Source of the DNA: a virus
Reading direction: 5' to 3' (one strand)
Virus record (IMG/VR): IMGVR_UViG_3300025133_000040
Span: 32,001 to 96,000 of that record
Length of the DNA: 64,000 nt
Under the pieces are notes generated by a model, which saw only the letters and a list, made by a program, of their open reading frames with translations, did not search any database and had not been told where the DNA came from. The position numbers were made by a program, and so were the translations under genes. Shown piece after piece: positions 62,653-64,000 of the stretch (position 1 is its first letter; each line of letters starts with the position of its first letter).

Positions 62653-63207
62653 TTACTTCCTCTCTGCAACAATACGAATAATACAAGGGTCTTCACTTGC
62701 AATTGCTGAAAAGCCATTTCTTTCTGACAGGTAAGTTACATTATAGTTTCTACTTATAAGCTTTTCTAAGAATCGTTGACAATTAATCAAGCGACGATAG
62801 TGGGTGGTATCAGGAACTTCACCTTTGTCAGACCTCATTTCAGCAAATAGCCGTCCTCGACACCAGCCCAATAGCAAGTCTTCTGAGTCTGAATCCATTG
62901 CGTGGAACCCAAAACGACAATACAGCACGTCTGGGGAGCCATTAGTTAAAATATACTGTTCCGCTGTAAACCTTAAAAAAGAAGCACAGCCCATTCCATT
63001 CGGCTTATTAGACGGGTCCACCCCCTTTATGGATGAGCAGTAGTTAGAAAGTACATATGTGTCCCTACCGTCTCCGCAGCACATATCGACGACCTTTTTG
63101 CCCTTAAGTATGTCTGCATAGTTTGACACAACCCACTTAGCAAATCCGCTAGGCTCTTTAGGTTTGTGGGTCTTATAGTACTCAACCCAATACTCATTGC
63201 TGTGCAT
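62653..63207 (-). CDS. class I SAM-dependent methyltransferase
   Basis: VDMCCGDGRD, YCRF.FHA, HYRR. Confidence 0.82.
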   Translation of the reverse strand: MHSNEYWVEYYKTHKPKEPSGFAKWVVSNYADILKGKKVVDMCCGDGRDTYVLSNYCSSIKGVDPSNKPNGMGCASFLRFTAEQYILTNGSPDVLYCRFGFHAMDSDSEDLLLGWCRGRLFAEMRSDKGEVPDTTHYRRLINCQRFLEKLISRNYNVTYLSERNGFSAIASEDPCIIRIVAERK

Positions 63208-63706
63208 GATGTCCCTTTTTAGGTGTCTTCCAGTCTAATCCATACAGCCTATCAAAGTAGGCTGTCGGACACGAAACAGTGTTAAATGTTCTGCCGCAAA
63301 AATCTACAGTCCCAAATTCATCTAGTTGCCACTGAGGAATACTGTATTTCATACATTGATACTTCTCGTTTTTTAACTCAAACATATAAATATCCATAGG
63401 GATTTTATCAGCGACAATTGTTAAAATCTCTTTAGTCTGCCTAACTAATTGATAAGAGGTCTCTTTAATGGCTTGTACTATTTTGTCTGCGTCGTCGTGG
63501 AAAATAGCAACATCTATATCTAGGTCGTGCGAAATAAATTTTTTATCGCGACAGGCTGCCAAGGCCGTTCCAAACACCAGCCAATGTTGCACCTCACAGC
63601 TATCGAACAGTTCCGACACGCCTAGTAAAAACCTTGAAGCGTCCTTGTGGTTTAGCTCATTGTTTCTTTGATATACTTTAATCTTTTGCCTAAGTGCCTT
63701 GTCCAT
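63194..63706 (-). CDS. LicD-family nucleotidyl/phosphotransferase
   Basis: GTALAACRD..FI.HDLDID, YG.DW.TP. Confidence 0.85.
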   Translation of the reverse strand: MDKALRQKIKVYQRNNELNHKDASRFLLGVSELFDSCEVQHWLVFGTALAACRDKKFISHDLDIDVAIFHDDADKIVQAIKETSYQLVRQTKEILTIVADKIPMDIYMFELKNEKYQCMKYSIPQWQLDEFGTVDFCGRTFNTVSCPTAYFDRLYGLDWKTPKKGHHAQQ

Positions 63707-64000
63707 TATACCGCTCCGCTACTCCAATGTGTTCCTTTGTTGTGCTTAATATATGGAGCAAATGACCCATGCGCAACAACATGGCCCGTAGGGGTTGGTT
63801 TTTTAACCACGTCTCTCGCGTTGTGTTTACCGTCTTTAAGAACCTCCCACAACATCCAGGCTTCGTCCCATCTCTCGTACTTACGAAATTCACCGCTGGC
63901 GAATCGTCCTTGCATCTCTGATATGATTTCGCTGTGCGCTTTAAATACCCAAAAGCCAGTTTCCGTGCCTACCTTAGCCCTACGACGTGTCGGACCCATA
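63706..64000 (-). CDS. C-terminal part of a probable glycosyltransferase-like protein (runs off window)
   Basis: ETGF..F, WD, H.KG pattern; context. Confidence 0.45.
   Translation of the reverse strand, partial: MGPTRRRAKVGTETGFWVFKAHSEIISEMQGRFASGEFRKYERWDEAWMLWEVLKDGKHNARDVVKKPTPTGHVVAHGSFAPYIKHNKGTHWSSGAV

Noticed and set aside
21-63671. Plus-strand ORFs in the supplied track
   Set aside because: All lie antisense to well-supported minus-strand genes or RNAs and show no recognisable motifs.
1-64000. Genome-wide stop-codon reassignment
   Set aside because: Genes are intact in code 11, all three stops end genes, and no canonical suppressor tRNA was found; only one internal TGA.

Overview
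This is a 64-kb segment of a large dsDNA bacteriophage. Essentially every real gene is on the minus strand. The likely host is a planctomycete, inferred from a Planctomycetota-type Flp-like pilin and RimI. The left half (1-33 kb) covers replication, recombination and nucleotide metabolism: two sigma-like factors, SSB, a DnaE split into two genes without an intein and with a DnaQ-like exonuclease between them, primase, DnaB, RecA, dNMP kinase, PhoH, class II RNR, dCMP deaminase and ThyA. It also has auxiliary genes (ClpP, catalytically degenerate DeoC, GlpX, saccharopine dehydrogenase-like, MazG). The right half (34-64 kb) is RNA-centred. By eye I count 34 apparently intact tRNAs, a damaged tRNA-Cys and six tRNA-shaped RNAs with aberrant anticodon arms. 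It also holds an RNA-repair cluster (two RNA ligases, kinase, phosphoesterases, macrodomain), a CCA-adding enzyme, ROOL-like and GOLLD-like large RNAs, several smaller structured-RNA candidates and a glycan-modification cluster. The most striking element is a ~260-nt RNA with its own promoter at 52801-53059 (-). It carries the RNase P RNA catalytic-domain motifs in circularly permuted order and lacks P1. All calls are from manual reading; RNA family names rest on remembered consensus and need covariance-model confirmation.
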